A DNA stretch of 64,000 nt from Mantamonas sphyraenae STR306. Lineage: Eukaryota; Protista; CRuMs. The DNA is taken from the NCBI GenBank assembly GCA_026936335.1, contig JAPMXV010000042.1, positions 124,001 through 188,000 of the forward strand, written 5' to 3'. The translations under genes were made by a program, and so were the position numbers. Within the stretch, counting starts at the first letter, position 1. The number at the start of each line of letters is the position of its first letter. This document shows positions 34,632 through 47,471 of the stretch, piece after piece. The notes under the pieces were generated by a model that saw nothing but the letters and a program-made list of their open reading frames with translations, had not been told where the DNA came from and did no database searches.

Positions 34632-36270
34632 TCCTCGCAGTCGCGTGAGCTGCTGAAGCTGAGCAAGTCGACGAACGAAATCACAAAGGTGAGTGAGGAA
34701 CCCTCCCAGAAGCTATCGGAAGCGCTGTAGGTTGGAAAGCGGTCGCTGACACGGAAGGACACGACGCAGGTGGTGGGACGAGAGATCTTGGACAGCCGTG
34801 GCAACCCTACGGTGGAGGTGGATGTGTACTGCAACGTGCAGGGGGCGAGCACGCTTGTGGCGCGCGGCGCAGCACCTTCGGGGGCGTCGACGGGCTCGAA
34901 CGAAGCCCACGAGCTGCGTGAGAAGGACGACAAGGACCGCTACCTGGGCAAGGGAGTGCTGCAGGCGGTGTCCAACGTGAGCAACCAGCTGAACGAGGCA
35001 CTGGTTGGCCAAAAGACGGATTCGCTGGAGGCTCTGGACACCATCATTCGTGAGACGGACGGCACGGAGCTCAAGACGGTGTTGGGAGGCAACGCAGTGA
35101 CAGCCACCAGCTTTGCACTGGCCGAGGCCGGTGCCAAGATGGCCAACCAGGAGTTGTTTGAGTACTTTGCCAACGCCTTCTACGGCGGCGATGCACCGTC
35201 GTACTCGCTGCCCACACCCATGGTCAACATCCTCAACGGAGGCAAGCATGCGGGTGGCAAGCTTAAGATCCAGGAGTTTATGATTGTGCCCCGCAGCGAC
35301 CAGCTGTTCAAGGAGCAGCTGCGCATGGTCACCACCGTCTACCACCACCTGGGCAAGCTCCTGGTGGCCGAGTACGGCGTCAGTGCAAAGAACCTGGGCG
35401 ACGAGGGAGGCTTCGCTCCTCAGCTCGACAACGCCGAAGAGGCTCTCAGCATCATCGAGAAGGCTGTCGAGGTTGCTGGTTTCGAGATGGATATCCTTCA
35501 GTGTGTCGCCCGCCTGCCACCCTGTGCGTTGATGTGCGAACGTGTGCATGCAGATGATGGAATGGTCAGAGAGTGTGTATGAGTGTGCATGCCTTTGTCA
35601 GCCGTTGCATTCTGCAATCCCTTGCCTCCTTTCCACGTCACATCCGTTGCAGCCATCCCTCGGTTGTTTGGCACCTTAACTCAACAATGACCCTTTACGC
35701 AAGGACATCTTCCTGGCGCTGGACTGTGCGGCAAGCGAGTTTTACGACGCCGAGACTGGCAAGTACGAGATCAACGAGGGCGAGTTTGTGGACTCGGAGG
35801 GAGTGATCAAGTTCTACACGGAGCTGGCTGACAAGCACCCTGCACTGATCTCCATCGAGGATGGCCTGGACGAGAAGGATTATGAGGGTTGGATTGCGCT
35901 GACGCAGAAGTTGGGCGACAAGATGGCACTGGTGGGCGACGATCTGTACACCACCAACACCAACCTGATCTCCCAGGGCATTCGCGACGGCTGGGCCAAC
36001 GCCCTGCTGCTCAAGGTCAACCAGATTGGCACCATTACCGAGAGCATGGAGGCTGCACGCATGGTCTTTGCCAGCGCAGGACGAGTCATTGTCTCCCATC
36101 GATCGGGTGAGACCACCTACGCCAGCATTTCCGACCTGGCTGTGGGCATTGGTGCAAGCCACATCAAGACAGGTGCACCCGCACGTGGCGAGCGTGTCTC
36201 CAAGTACAACCGCCTCCTGCAGATCGAGGAGATGCTCCTCGAGCGTGGTTTGCTCAACCAGGACGCATGA
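34215..36270 (+). CDS. ENO: Enolase with N-terminal Dpy-30/RIIa-like docking domain (exons 34215-34328, 34641-34688, 34770-35490, 35699-36270)
   Basis: YLEDHKIREELEELINAVVEEKPADPFAWL extension; REILDSRGNPTVEV, GASTG, GGKHA, IQEFM, GDEGGF, ALDCAAS, SIEDG, VGDDL, LLKVNQIG, SHRSGET, IKTG all intact. Confidence 0.95.
34586..34629 (+). repeat. (AC)n microsatellite in enolase intron 1, just before the 3' splice site
   Basis: Perfect dinucleotide run between CTGAC and CGCAG. Confidence 0.95.
35491..35698 (+). other. U12-type (minor spliceosome) AT-AC intron in enolase
   Basis: Starts ATATCCTT, contains CCTTAAC at 35674-35680, ends TTAC; removal gives in-frame AGFEMG/KDIFLALD. Confidence 0.93.
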
Positions 36271-36417
36271 GCATGTGAGCATGAGCATGTGATGCAAATG
36301 AATGCGCTCCACATGGCCCACAGTGGCAACCAACCTTCCCGAAGTTTTTTGGTTTTTGAGTCCGAGCCGACACCGGCTGCACCTCGCCTCCCCAAAACAA
36401 TTGCCCACCCATCTCAC

Positions 36418-39072
36418 ATGTCCAGCAGTCGCAAGTCGCGTAAAGTGGCCGGAGACTACATGTTGGGCAAGGTCCTTGGCCAGGGCAGCTTCGGATACGT
36501 ACGACTGGCCGTGCATAGAAAGTCACGCAAAAAGGTTCGAATTTGGTTTTCCTCTTTTCCTCTTTCTGCCGCTATTCCCACCCCGGAACACACTTGGAAC
36601 CCACCGACGGCGTATGTCCTTCGCAGAGCACGTACACACGTGTACAGTGTGGTTGCGCGTGTCCACATCGCCTTGGCTGCCAGCACAGGCCGTTGTGTGT
36701 GGATGGTTTCTCGAAACCACGTTCCGCACGCGGCGCGCAGTCATTGTGCGAGGGTGGCAGATGGCAGGGAAGATCGGGAGTGAGGTCGACGTGTGTGGAT
36801 TGTGTATGGATGGGTTGCCCATGTTGTGTGCGCCATCACTTTGTGTTCCCTGAAGGGGTCTTGTCGGCGTGGGAAATGTGCGTGGGGCACCCCGGTCACA
36901 TGTGAACCGACCACCAGTGCTAACCACCTCTCTGCACTATCGACACCACTGTGTGCATTCACACCAACCACAGGCGGCTTGTAAGATCATCAGGTAGGTT
37001 GGCAAGGGCGTATTGGATGCGTGCGGGGGGTCCGGAGAGTGATCGGTGTAGCCAAACTCACACGCACGCTCGCGTTTGCTGTGCTGCCCTTCCAGTTTGG
37101 CCTCTCTGGACGCCAAGGCACAACGTAAAATCCAAAGGGAGATCGATATTCTGAGGAGGCTGTCACACCCCAACATTGTGCAGGTGAGTGTGTGTGCACG
37201 GGTGTGTGTAGGGGCGTCAAATGTGGTCCGTAGCAGTCCGCAAACTCGCTGACACACACCCATCATCAACACCCACCGTCGTGACCGTGCTTTTCCGCAG
37301 CTGTACGACGTGGTGACACCCAAGGGCTCGCAAAAACTGTACATTATCATGGAATTTGTGGCATGCGGAGAGCTGTTCGACTATATTGTGGCACACAAGC
37401 GGCTGAAGGAAAACGACGCACGGCAGATGATGATGCAGATGATTTCCGGCGTGGAGTATTGCCACAGCAAACGGGTCATCCACAGGGATTTGAAACCGGA
37501 AAACCTGCTTCTGGACTCGCAGCGCAACATCAAAATCATCGACTTTGGCCTGAGCAATGTGATCCATGGCAAGAACCAGCTGCGTAGCAACTGCGGCTCG
37601 CCACACTACACCGCGCCCGAGGTGACCGCACGCCTGGGCTACGATTTCCAGGCCGACGTGTGGAGCATGGGTGTCATCATGTTTGCCCTGGTACGTGTGT
37701 GCCTACGCCTTCCACGGCCCTAGTGCAGTGCCAGGCTCCCCGGAGGGTCTCGGCCGGCGTTTTTTTTTTTGGCAACCCTCCATACCCTCTCTCGTCGTTT
37801 GCTCGCCGCTAACACCTCTCTGCCCTCCTTTGCCATCCAGCTGTGCGGGTATCTGCCGTTCGACCACGAGAACCACAGCGAGATTGCGCGCATGGCACGC
37901 AACGAGGATTTTGACGTGCCGGAACACGTTGGCGACGGTGAGTGCGCCAGAAGGCTGACCTTTTTTTGCGCTGGAACGTGTCGCACAGACACGCGCGAGG
38001 GCCAACCGCTGACACACCGAGTTTTGACGCACACGGATGGGACCCACGCCATGTGTGCCATGTGTACTGTGTGTACCCGCCCACAGTGGCATGCGACTTG
38101 ATCCATCGGATGATCTGTGCGGATCCCAGCAAACGCATCACCATCTCCGAAATCTGGAAACACCCGTGGATGGCACAGGAGGTGCCGTTGACCAAACGCA
38201 TGCGCATGTCCATCAAACCATTGCCAGACACTTTGTCGGATCGTGTGAACAAGTTGCTGGAGTCACGCAAGGAGAAGGAGGAACTGAGCGATCTTGACAT
38301 CATTGCTCGCATGGACGTCGGTGCAGACCAGGAAAGCAGCGGCAAGAACGGCATCGACAGTACCACCACCACCACCGCCACCACCACCACGCAGGACACC
38401 CACGAGGATGGAGAGTCGTCCAGTGGGGATGGAGACAAGGAGAGTTTTGTGGGAGACGACGACAACACCTCCAACGGGTCGGGTGACAGCAATGAGGCCA
38501 TCCGAAAGACCTCGCTGTCGCCCAGCAACCTGCACATGATGGCAGAGGACGATGATGAGGAAGAAGAGGAGGAGGAGGATGATGAGGGGGAGGATGCGAC
38601 TGCGCAGCCGGGTGAGCAAGCGGACGGCGACGAGAGCGAGGATATGACAAGCAGCGATGATGAGGAGGAGGAGGATGGGGAGGGAGACATTGATGCGGAT
38701 CAGGAAAGTGACAAGGAGGAGGAGGCGGCGGCGGCACAGAGGATGCGTGTCAAGGTGGATGACGAACACGACGAGGAAACACAGGAGGATGAGGAGGGGG
38801 AGGAAGGGAAGGACGACGACGATCGCATGGGCTCACGCAACGACACGGCGGATTCGACGGGACTGAGCGTGGAGATGGACTTGGACAGGTATTACACGAC
38901 ACGCAAGCGAACAATCAGCGACAACATGGCGGTTGTGAACAGGTTGCGTGCGCAGTACAGCTCGGCAGGGATGGCCCAGTACGGCGCAAGCAGGTACACC
39001 AGCGGTGGAGCCAACAGTCCCGTGCACATGGACAACGACTCGGTGATGGGCTCGTACGGCTCATCCGCGTCA

Positions 39073-39112
<40 letters not shown>

Positions 39113-39891
39113 CGGGAGGCAGCCCAGCAGCGTACAGGAGTGTGACCCGTGGCCATGGCAAGTCCAGGAGGGGCAGCATGTCCTCGTCTCCTTTGCACGT
39201 CCATGTCACCTCGGGGGCCCATTCCCATTCTGCACAAAAGGCGGAACGGCCCGGATCGTCCAAGCGAAGCCCGCAGCCGAGTGGAGTGCGCCGTGTGGTG
39301 CAACAGCGCAGCACGTCAAGCATGGGCACCCAAGAGTTTGCCAATGTGCGTGATCGCATCAATGCACGTGCTGTGGGCGACGCCGTGCTGTTGCCCAGCA
39401 TCTTTGAACGCGGGGGCTCCGCATCCGGACGTCCCTACTCGCCCCACGGCACCACCTCGCCCCTGCCCGTGCTGCCCATCAACTCGGACGACGAAGAGTC
39501 GGACACAAGCTACTCCTCCGACGAGGAGGATCTGACCGAACCGTCGCCTTCGTCGGGCAACGAGGGACGCGATTCTGTGGATCCCTTCTTGGGCTTTGTC
39601 AGCCCTCATCACAGACGCGCTGTCGTCCATGGCAATGAGGATGAAGGTAGCATCAGTGGACCTCACAGTGCCTCGTCGACGACGAGAAGGAGTGTGTTTG
39701 CGTTTGAAAGCCGCGACGTGCACTCGGCACCCACCACACCCGTGGAGGGCAGGAAGAAGAAGCGTCGATCGACGTCGTTGTCGTCCAAGTCTGTGCGTGG
39801 CATCAAGCTGTTGGACAGCATCCGTCAGATCCACGGGGCACGCAACAACAGCGGCGGGGATAGGGAGAACGGCGCAGGCAGTAGCAGCAGT

Positions 39892-39922
<31 letters not shown>

Positions 39923-40665
39923 ATGATGGTGGCGAGGGAGGTGGGGTGGACAACACAAAGAGTGGGGCACGATCGCACTCGAGGACAGGCAGCACAGGGA
40001 GCGCAAGTCCCATGATGAAGCGCAGGTCGATGATGACCGGTGGGTTGGGAACCATCCATGAGGACGGAGTGGCGGATCATGTGAGCGGCGCGAGCACGGG
40101 TGAGGAGGAGAGCAACAGCAACCGCAGCACAAGCAGCAGTGCAAGTGGAAAGGGCAAGGAGGTGGTGGGTGAGGGCCAACCACAGCCTGGAGGAGTGAGC
40201 CCACAGGTCAGCAGGAGGGTGCTCAACAGCAACAAGGGCATGCGTGCGGGCTCGTTGGGAGCCAACTTCAACACCATTGCCCGGTCGGCCATCCAGTTCC
40301 AGGCCAATCAGGAGACGGGCGAGATGAAGTCGGGCAGCAAGATCCGCGAGTACCGGCCCGGGTTTGGTGCGTTCAGCAGCACCGTCACCTCGTACAAGTC
40401 GGCCGACGAAATCATGCAAGAGTTGCACCGTACGCTGCGTGAGCTGGACATGGACTTTAGCAAGAGCAGCAAGCGTCCGTATGTGCTCAAGGCCTCCAAG
40501 AAGACTCGGGTCAACAACAAGAAGCACACCATCAAGTTTGAGGTGGAAGTCTGTGTGTTGCCCGGCCTGCAAAAGACCCATGTGCTCATGTTCAAGCGGC
40601 TCAAGGGCGACACCTTTGTCTACAAGGACCAGTGTGAAGCCATCCTGTCCACGGCACAGCTGTGA
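36418..40665 (+). CDS. SNF1/AMPK-related (CAMKL) Ser/Thr kinase with C-terminal KA1 domain (exons 36418-36534, 36974-36993, 37096-37183, 37301-37690, 37841-37937, 38087-40665)
   Basis: [53 protein letters not shown]; KA1: [22 protein letters not shown]. Confidence 0.92.
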
Positions 40666-40720
40666 GAGACACAGACAGAGGCAGAGGCAGAGGCAGAGAG
40701 TGTGTGTGTGAATGAATCCA

Positions 40721-41948
40721 TCAACTGTACTCTACGTTCCACACACAGATGCTCTGGTCGTCAGAGACGGTGGCCAGCTTGTTGCCGTCGGGGTTGTACG
40801 CCAGATCCCACACCTGGTCGGAATGCGCCTGCTCCGACTCAAAGGTGTGCAAACATTTCCTGTGGGACAGATCCCACACCTTGACACTCTTGTCCGAGGA
40901 ACAGGTGGCAAACTGTCCACCCGACGGGCTCATGGCCACCCCAACACCCACGAACTATGTCCAGACAGCGATGCCACTGTCTTGCCTGTGCCCACCTCCA
41001 GGATACCCACGTGCTGGTCGTCACATGCACTCAGCACCAGCTTCGAGTCTGCGCTCCAGTCCACTCCGCGGATCGGCAGCGCATACTCGTCAAACGACTG
41101 CGCCACCTTGCCCGACTCCACGTCCACCACGGCCACCGCTCCGTTGTACAGACCACACGCAACATACTTGCCGTCTGGAGACTGTGGATAGGGCACGTTC
41201 ATATGTGTGTGTGTGTGTGTGTGTGTGTGTCAGCGTGCCTTGTCGCTTTGGCGCGTTTCGCTGCTGCCTCCGGTTGGCTCTCTTTGCAGCTGCTTGCAGG
41301 CTGCCACCACGTACATATTTCACACTTTGCACAAACTGCGACACCTTTGTGTCCAGCACTGCCTCTCGGGAGCCCCGCTCCACGTTCCATACGTTCACAC
41401 AGCCGGTGTAGTTGCCCGACGCCACAAAGCGGGAGTCCGGCGAGAACGCCACCTTCCACGTCTCCATAGGCCCTGTTTCGATCGATGACATCAGCTTCTG
41501 CTTCTCCAGATTCCAAAAGGCAATTGTGTTGTCCAGCGACGATGATGCCGCCACTGCACATGTGTCATTGTCACCGCAACGCCACACAGGCCCCACCCAC
41601 GCGCACATGGCCGTCAGCGTTTGCCCTCTCTTTCCTCTTCTGGCCCCAACAACCCTCACTCTTTCCCACCAAGCCCCCTCACCCCCTCTGGCACTCACTC
41701 GTTCCCGACGCATCCACAGCCACAGAGATGACACCCAGCTCGTGGCCTTCCAGTGTCTTGCGTGCGTCCAGGTCGGCAGCACTCCACACTTTGACCGTTT
41801 CGTCCACCGAGCCAGTCAAGATCTCGTTGTTCACCGTCCACGCCACACTCCAAATCGAATCTGCGTGAGCCTGTTTCTTCTGCAGGGCCCGCGAGTAGTT
41901 GCTGCCACTGCCAATGTTGGAAGACGATGACGACGAAGACGACGACAT
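40721..41948 (-). CDS. WDR61: WD40 protein WDR61/Ski8/Rec14 (two introns; one probable indel near 40940)
   Basis: QAHADSIWSVAW, TGSVDETVKVW, LEGHELGVISV, ASSSLD, GPMETWKVAFSPD, LPIR, GHSSWVL, HSDQVW, SVSDD-like TVSDDQSI. Confidence 0.85.
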
Positions 41949-42027
41949 GCGCACGACGGGTGTTTTGGGATGGATCGAGCTTCGCGCATTCCAACACGGT
42001 GCAATACAACTGACATCTCACCCTCCC

Positions 42028-44624
42028 TCACCTCCTCGACCGTCGCTTCCTCCTTGTCGACGCCCCTGTAAACTGTGATTCCAACTGCGATTCCAGATCG
42101 GCTGCTGCGCTCTTCTTGGCCTGGTCTTTGCCCACTCGTTGCCGTTTCGATGCAGGCGCACGCCTTGTCCCTCGCCTTCCACCCTCGTCGTCGTCATCGT
42201 CGTCATCTTCTCCATCCTCATCCTCGTCATCGTCATCGTCATCTGTGCGGCCTCGCTTGCGCTTGCTCTTGCTCGTTGTGCGCCTACTTGCCCTTCTGCT
42301 CCGCCTGCTCCGAGATGACACCGATTCACCATCGTCGTACTCATCATCGTCATCCTCTTCATCATCATCATCCTCATCGTCTTCATCATCATCATCGTCT
42401 TCATCCTCATCGTCCGACGGCCCCACATTGAATCGATCTCCAGCACGTGCGCTGGTGCGCTTTCTGGTCGTCCTACTCTTGCTTGCACTCTGCTGTGCCA
42501 ACGACTCGATGGTTGTGTCGTTTGCCCACGCTGCATCCTCGCCTGACAGATCAGGCACGTCGGCGATTCCTCCGCTGCTGCTCGCTGCCACGTCCACGTC
42601 CATGCTGTGTACGGGCACAACCACATCTGCCAGCTCGTCCTCTGCATTTAACCTGCCCTCGGCCACCATTTTGGTACGCTCGTTCTGCTCCTGCACCTGT
42701 CGCGTTGTCCTCTCGATCAGCGAGTCCAGTTCTCGAGCGCCTCCTCCATCGCCTCCGCCGCCTCCTCCGGCTCCGCCTCGTCCTCCACCTGCCCCCGTCT
42801 GGCTGCTAAACTTGGCTTCCAACACCTCTTTGCTTCGCTGCTCCGTGCTCTCTGCAAAGAACTTGTCGATCGCATTCTTCTCCTGTTTCTCCACAAAGTC
42901 CGTCACCGCCGTGTGCAGCTCCGTCTCCTTGAAGATCTCCAGACCCTGTGCACTCTTCAGTTCCTCCCCAATGATGTTCTGGATGTTGACTCTGTTCAGC
43001 GCTTCCAGTGACTCGGACGTGTACGTGCCATCCTCCCCACGAACCACCGCGCCTCGCTTGCGCTTCTTTTCGTACTTGATGACATCCTTGGGATTGGCCA
43101 CCTTGCCCACAAAGCGTTGCGCCAGCCGCTGCACAGCAATCTGTGGGAATCCACCGGAAGGGTCGACACGCAGACGCACCAGCGGCAATTCCGGTGTGCT
43201 GTCGTTCACGTGTGGCAACTCCATGGCCTGTTTGACCAGCATATCCACGTGTGCGGCCAGCAGATCCTCGATGCCCTTCTCGTCGTGTGCACTCAACTCC
43301 TCAAACTCGGCAAGACGGATGTCGTGCATGACAAAGGGCCGCACGGTATGCAGGGTCTGCGGCTCCACGCGTGCTTCTTTGCCACACACACTCAGCACGC
43401 CGACGCTCTTGGGCACGGCTTCGGCGGCACACAGTGAGGTGGCCACCGATGAGCCAGGTTGCAGGATGGAGAATTCGGGGTAGCCATTGTCCAGGAACAT
43501 GCGACACTCGTGTTCGTGGGCCCAGAAGACCAGGTCAAAGTGAGGGCTGATCATGTTGTTGTGGATGGTGTTGGACGAATTGTGGGCCACCCTGTTCTGG
43601 TGGATCACAAACAGATTGAACCATTCGTGGTCATCCTCTGGGCGCAGCACCTTGACACGCTTGTCGCGGAAGGTCTTGTTCAGCCGCTCGTCGCGGATGT
43701 TGCCCAGGCCGTACAAGGCCAGATAGCTGCTTCCCTTGCGCATCAACACGGGCGACAGTTCGATGTCATCGATGCTGTAGCTGCGCCCAAAGTAGTTCAC
43801 CAGATTCGACACCGCCAGGAACTCCACAGCCGAGTGATCACCGTCCTGTTGTGGCCGCTCCTGTGTGTCAGTTTCTCCGTGCACAGGATGCCTTGCTCGT
43901 TGTGCCCTCCGTGCATGTGTGCGTGTGTGTGTGCAGGTATGCATCCCAGCCTGTCGCCAAAACTCACTCCACTCGGATCGTCGTGGTTGCCGTGAATGAT
44001 AAACACAGGCATGGCCACGTTGTAGTTTGGGTCCTCAAAATTGGCTGTATGCATACTGCAGGGTGCGTTACACGCACATCGGCACAGAAACCGAATTCAA
44101 GGAGTCAGTGGTGTGTATCAATGCCAAGTTGCAACGTGCCCGGGAACGTACTTGGCCGGAAACGAAGCTGCCGAATCGCTCAACACCTCAAAGTCGATGG
44201 CACGATCGCCCATGCAATACTTGCGGAAAAGACGCATGACTCGGAGTGTGGTCTCACGAGACGGCTTGTTGACGTGAAAGAGGTCGCCACCGAGGAGCAC
44301 AAAGTCGACCTGGGGCGGTTTCGGCGGGACGACGGCGTGTCAGGAATGTGATCAGGAACGCCGAGCAAACTCCGCGGGCTAGCAAGGGCATGCGAGCGAG
44401 ACAAGGGATGGGGAGGGTACTTGGGGACAGACCAAACACAACCAACACACATTCTCACGGCGTCCAATCTGCAGGATCTCCTCCAGGGTGTTGAAGCTGT
44501 CGTCGGCTCGGATGGGGTCCTGTTCGTTGTACCCGACGTGGTTGTCTGTGGATACAAGCATGCGAAAGGTATCCTTCTCCACAAGCTCGGCAGATGCCAC
44601 CGTTTTGGAATGACGTCGGCTCAT
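42028..44624 (-). CDS. MRE11: Double-strand break repair nuclease MRE11 (exons 44624-44451, 44309-44152, 44055-43968, 43845-42028)
   Basis: [77 protein letters not shown]. Confidence 0.97.
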
Positions 44625-44718
44625 GATGATTGGGGGAACAACAATGTTGGCAGCTCCAGCGGCACCACAGCAACTTCCCTTTTTTGGCCACAACATTGGA
44701 ACACACCACCCTCAAAAC

Positions 44719-47428
44719 ATGACCAACACAGTCACTGGACAAGAGTGCAATCTCATTGTCCTGTCTGTGTGTGTGACCATGTTGCTGTGGCTGGTCCGCT
44801 TGATACGGCTGTGGACAAGTCTGGACAGGCTAAAATCTGCACTGGAAGAGGAGCAGGTACGTCGATGGAGTGGCATACAGGTGTACCCACGGGGTGGAAT
44901 CCCAAGCACAATTGGCCCAGCACACGTTGCTTGTGCCGATGAGCGCCAATGTGTCCTGAATCAGTGCTGCGGCCCCTTTTGACGAAAGAGGCAGTCGTTT
45001 TGGGACATCAACCGGCGAAATTTGTGTGCTGGGGTGCGGCAACCACCGCCAACGGCAGGCGAAGGCAGGCGCAGAGGGCCTCGCAATTAGTGGAGCGATA
45101 AGGAGGAAGGGCAACTAACACGATGCGGGCGTACAGATTGTCCATCTGAATGGGTACACGCCGAACGGGCCGGTGCCATTGACACGCGCACACCTGGACG
45201 CCATCTTTCGCCGTTCCACTCTCAACAAGCACTTTGAGGTTGCCAAATACGTGAATCCGGTGAATGTGAAGCGCAACAGCCTTGCGTTGATCCAAACCGA
45301 CCAGGGGGAATACCGTAAGTGGCATGTGGACACAGGTGTTACGCGGCAGTTTTTTGGTGGGACGAATGGGTGCGTTTTTCGTGGCTAACGCTCGGAGCCG
45401 AACCGACCCTCGGGTTGCGGGGTTGTTTTGCGTTGCGCACAGGCTTCTCGTTGGAGGTGGAACACAGCAGCACGGTGGCCCTGCAGATGTACTGGGGTGT
45501 GTCTGCACATGCAGTGTTGCGCAAGGTGCAGGAGGCCATGGTGACGTACGAGCGTCTGAAAGCCAAGCTGTCGAAGCAGCAGGGAGCCACGGCGGACAAC
45601 GCACACAACGCAGGGTCTCCACGCAGCTGGGACTCGTGGCGTGCTTCCCACTCGGCCACCAGGGCAACAGACGACATGGCAGTGTCTTCGGGTGTGCGCT
45701 CACCACACAGCACGGCGCAGAATCTGATCCGACGCGTGCGTTCTCCCGGAAACGGAGACGAACGGCGTCCGCCGGCGCTGGTCGGCATTGCCCCGCCCGC
45801 CACACACATGCACACAGACACACACGACGCCGCAGGTAATAACAACAAACAACAACAACAGCAGAAACAAAAATCGCAGTGGTGGGCCAGAGATCATTGA
45901 GTTTACGGATTTCGCAGCAGGGAGCAGGCACAAAGAGGAGGAGGCGGAGGACCAAGGCGGGGAATCCGAGGTTACGAAAACGGGCAGTAGAAAAGCAAGC
46001 ACAGGGTTGCCAGCCATGCCGACTTCACCCACCACGGATGCAGCGAGTGGACGCACAGCCACAGAGGCAGAGATGAAACAGCAGGGAGGGTCTGGGCACC
46101 TGAAGGAGATGGCACCCACGTTGACGCAGAAGATGCAGAATTTGCAGGCATCTCCTCCAGGAGGAGGCAACAAGCGACGCAACAAGAGGCACAGTGCACG
46201 TGTGGTGAGCATTGAGGCACTGATGGTGGGTGCAGACGGACAGGGACTGAGTCCGGGCAGCAGCAGCGTGGGCGGAAGCGGAAGCCGACGAACGGGGTTG
46301 GACTCGGTAAACTCGCGAAGCAGTGCCAGCAGCACACCCAGCAGCACACCTCCATTGGCACGCACAAGTCCCGTGTTGATGGACTCATTGGCCAGTGGAG
46401 GCAACAGCACAGGGTCGGCAACGGCGACGACGACGACGACGGACGGAAGCCCGACGATTGTCATCCCCAGCAACAGACACACACGTGCACAGGCAACCAT
46501 CCTGCGCATTGACGATGACGATGATGAGGAGGATGTGGATGGTGACGAGAATCGCCATCATGACGATGAGGAGGATGATGAAGAAGAGGAGAATTTGACC
46601 GTGAGGATGATGAGCAGGCTCATGCGGGACGAGGACGACGAGGACGACGAGGCGTACCACGACGGCCTGTATGTAAGTGTGGCCGATTCGCACAGGGGAA
46701 GTGCACGCGGCAGCCAGGCAAGTGCAGGGGGTGTGGAGGCAGAGTTTGGGACGTTGGAGGGGGAGGGAGCAGCCACGCCGCCGACGGCAGGGAGCAGTGT
46801 GTCAGGAGGAGGAGGAACACCAGTCAAGGGGAGGGGCTTTGTGCCAGTGAATGGCAACACACCGACAAGGAGGAGAAACAAGGGAGGGGTGGGAACATCG
46901 AGATCTTCCACAACACAAACGAGGACCACGACGACAACAACGACATCGACATCCACACCGACCGAGGGTGGCACACAGGAACACACACGCGTGCACAAGG
47001 CCATGCAATTCTTTGACAAGGACGAATACCTGTGCGACAGTCAAACGGAGGTGTTTGAAGCAGACGGCAGCGTGCACACATATGTGTCGCAGGCCATCGA
47101 TCTCCTGGGCGTGGCCACAGAGAAGGAATGTCGCCACAGGCGCAATGCCACAGAGGCCCTGCCTGGAGAGTTGGATCACGAGATGGATGAGGAGAAACGA
47201 CAGGCACAGGTGGAATACCAACAGCAACACCAAGGCGATCGTGGCGATGACGAGAGTGCCGATGATGAGTGTGGTGGTGGTGGTGGCGGCGGAGTGCCTG
47301 TGGGTGCGCAACTGCTGTCCATTTTCGAGAGGGATGGCAGCCACGCAGCCAACCGCTACCCGTTGGTGATCGTCGTGTGGCCCGACGACCAGTGCGACAC
47401 GCCATCGCAGTATGCACACAGGCCATCC

Positions 47429-47471
<43 letters not shown>

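Noticed and set aside
44569-44576. Second U12 donor-like GTATCCTT
   Set aside because: On the antisense strand of MRE11 coding exon 1 (EKDTF); no associated branch point or gene
8274-44624. Prokaryotic sbcCD/mre11-rad50 operon or defence island
   Set aside because: Both genes are eukaryotic-type, contain spliceosomal introns, lie on opposite strands and are ~30 kb apart
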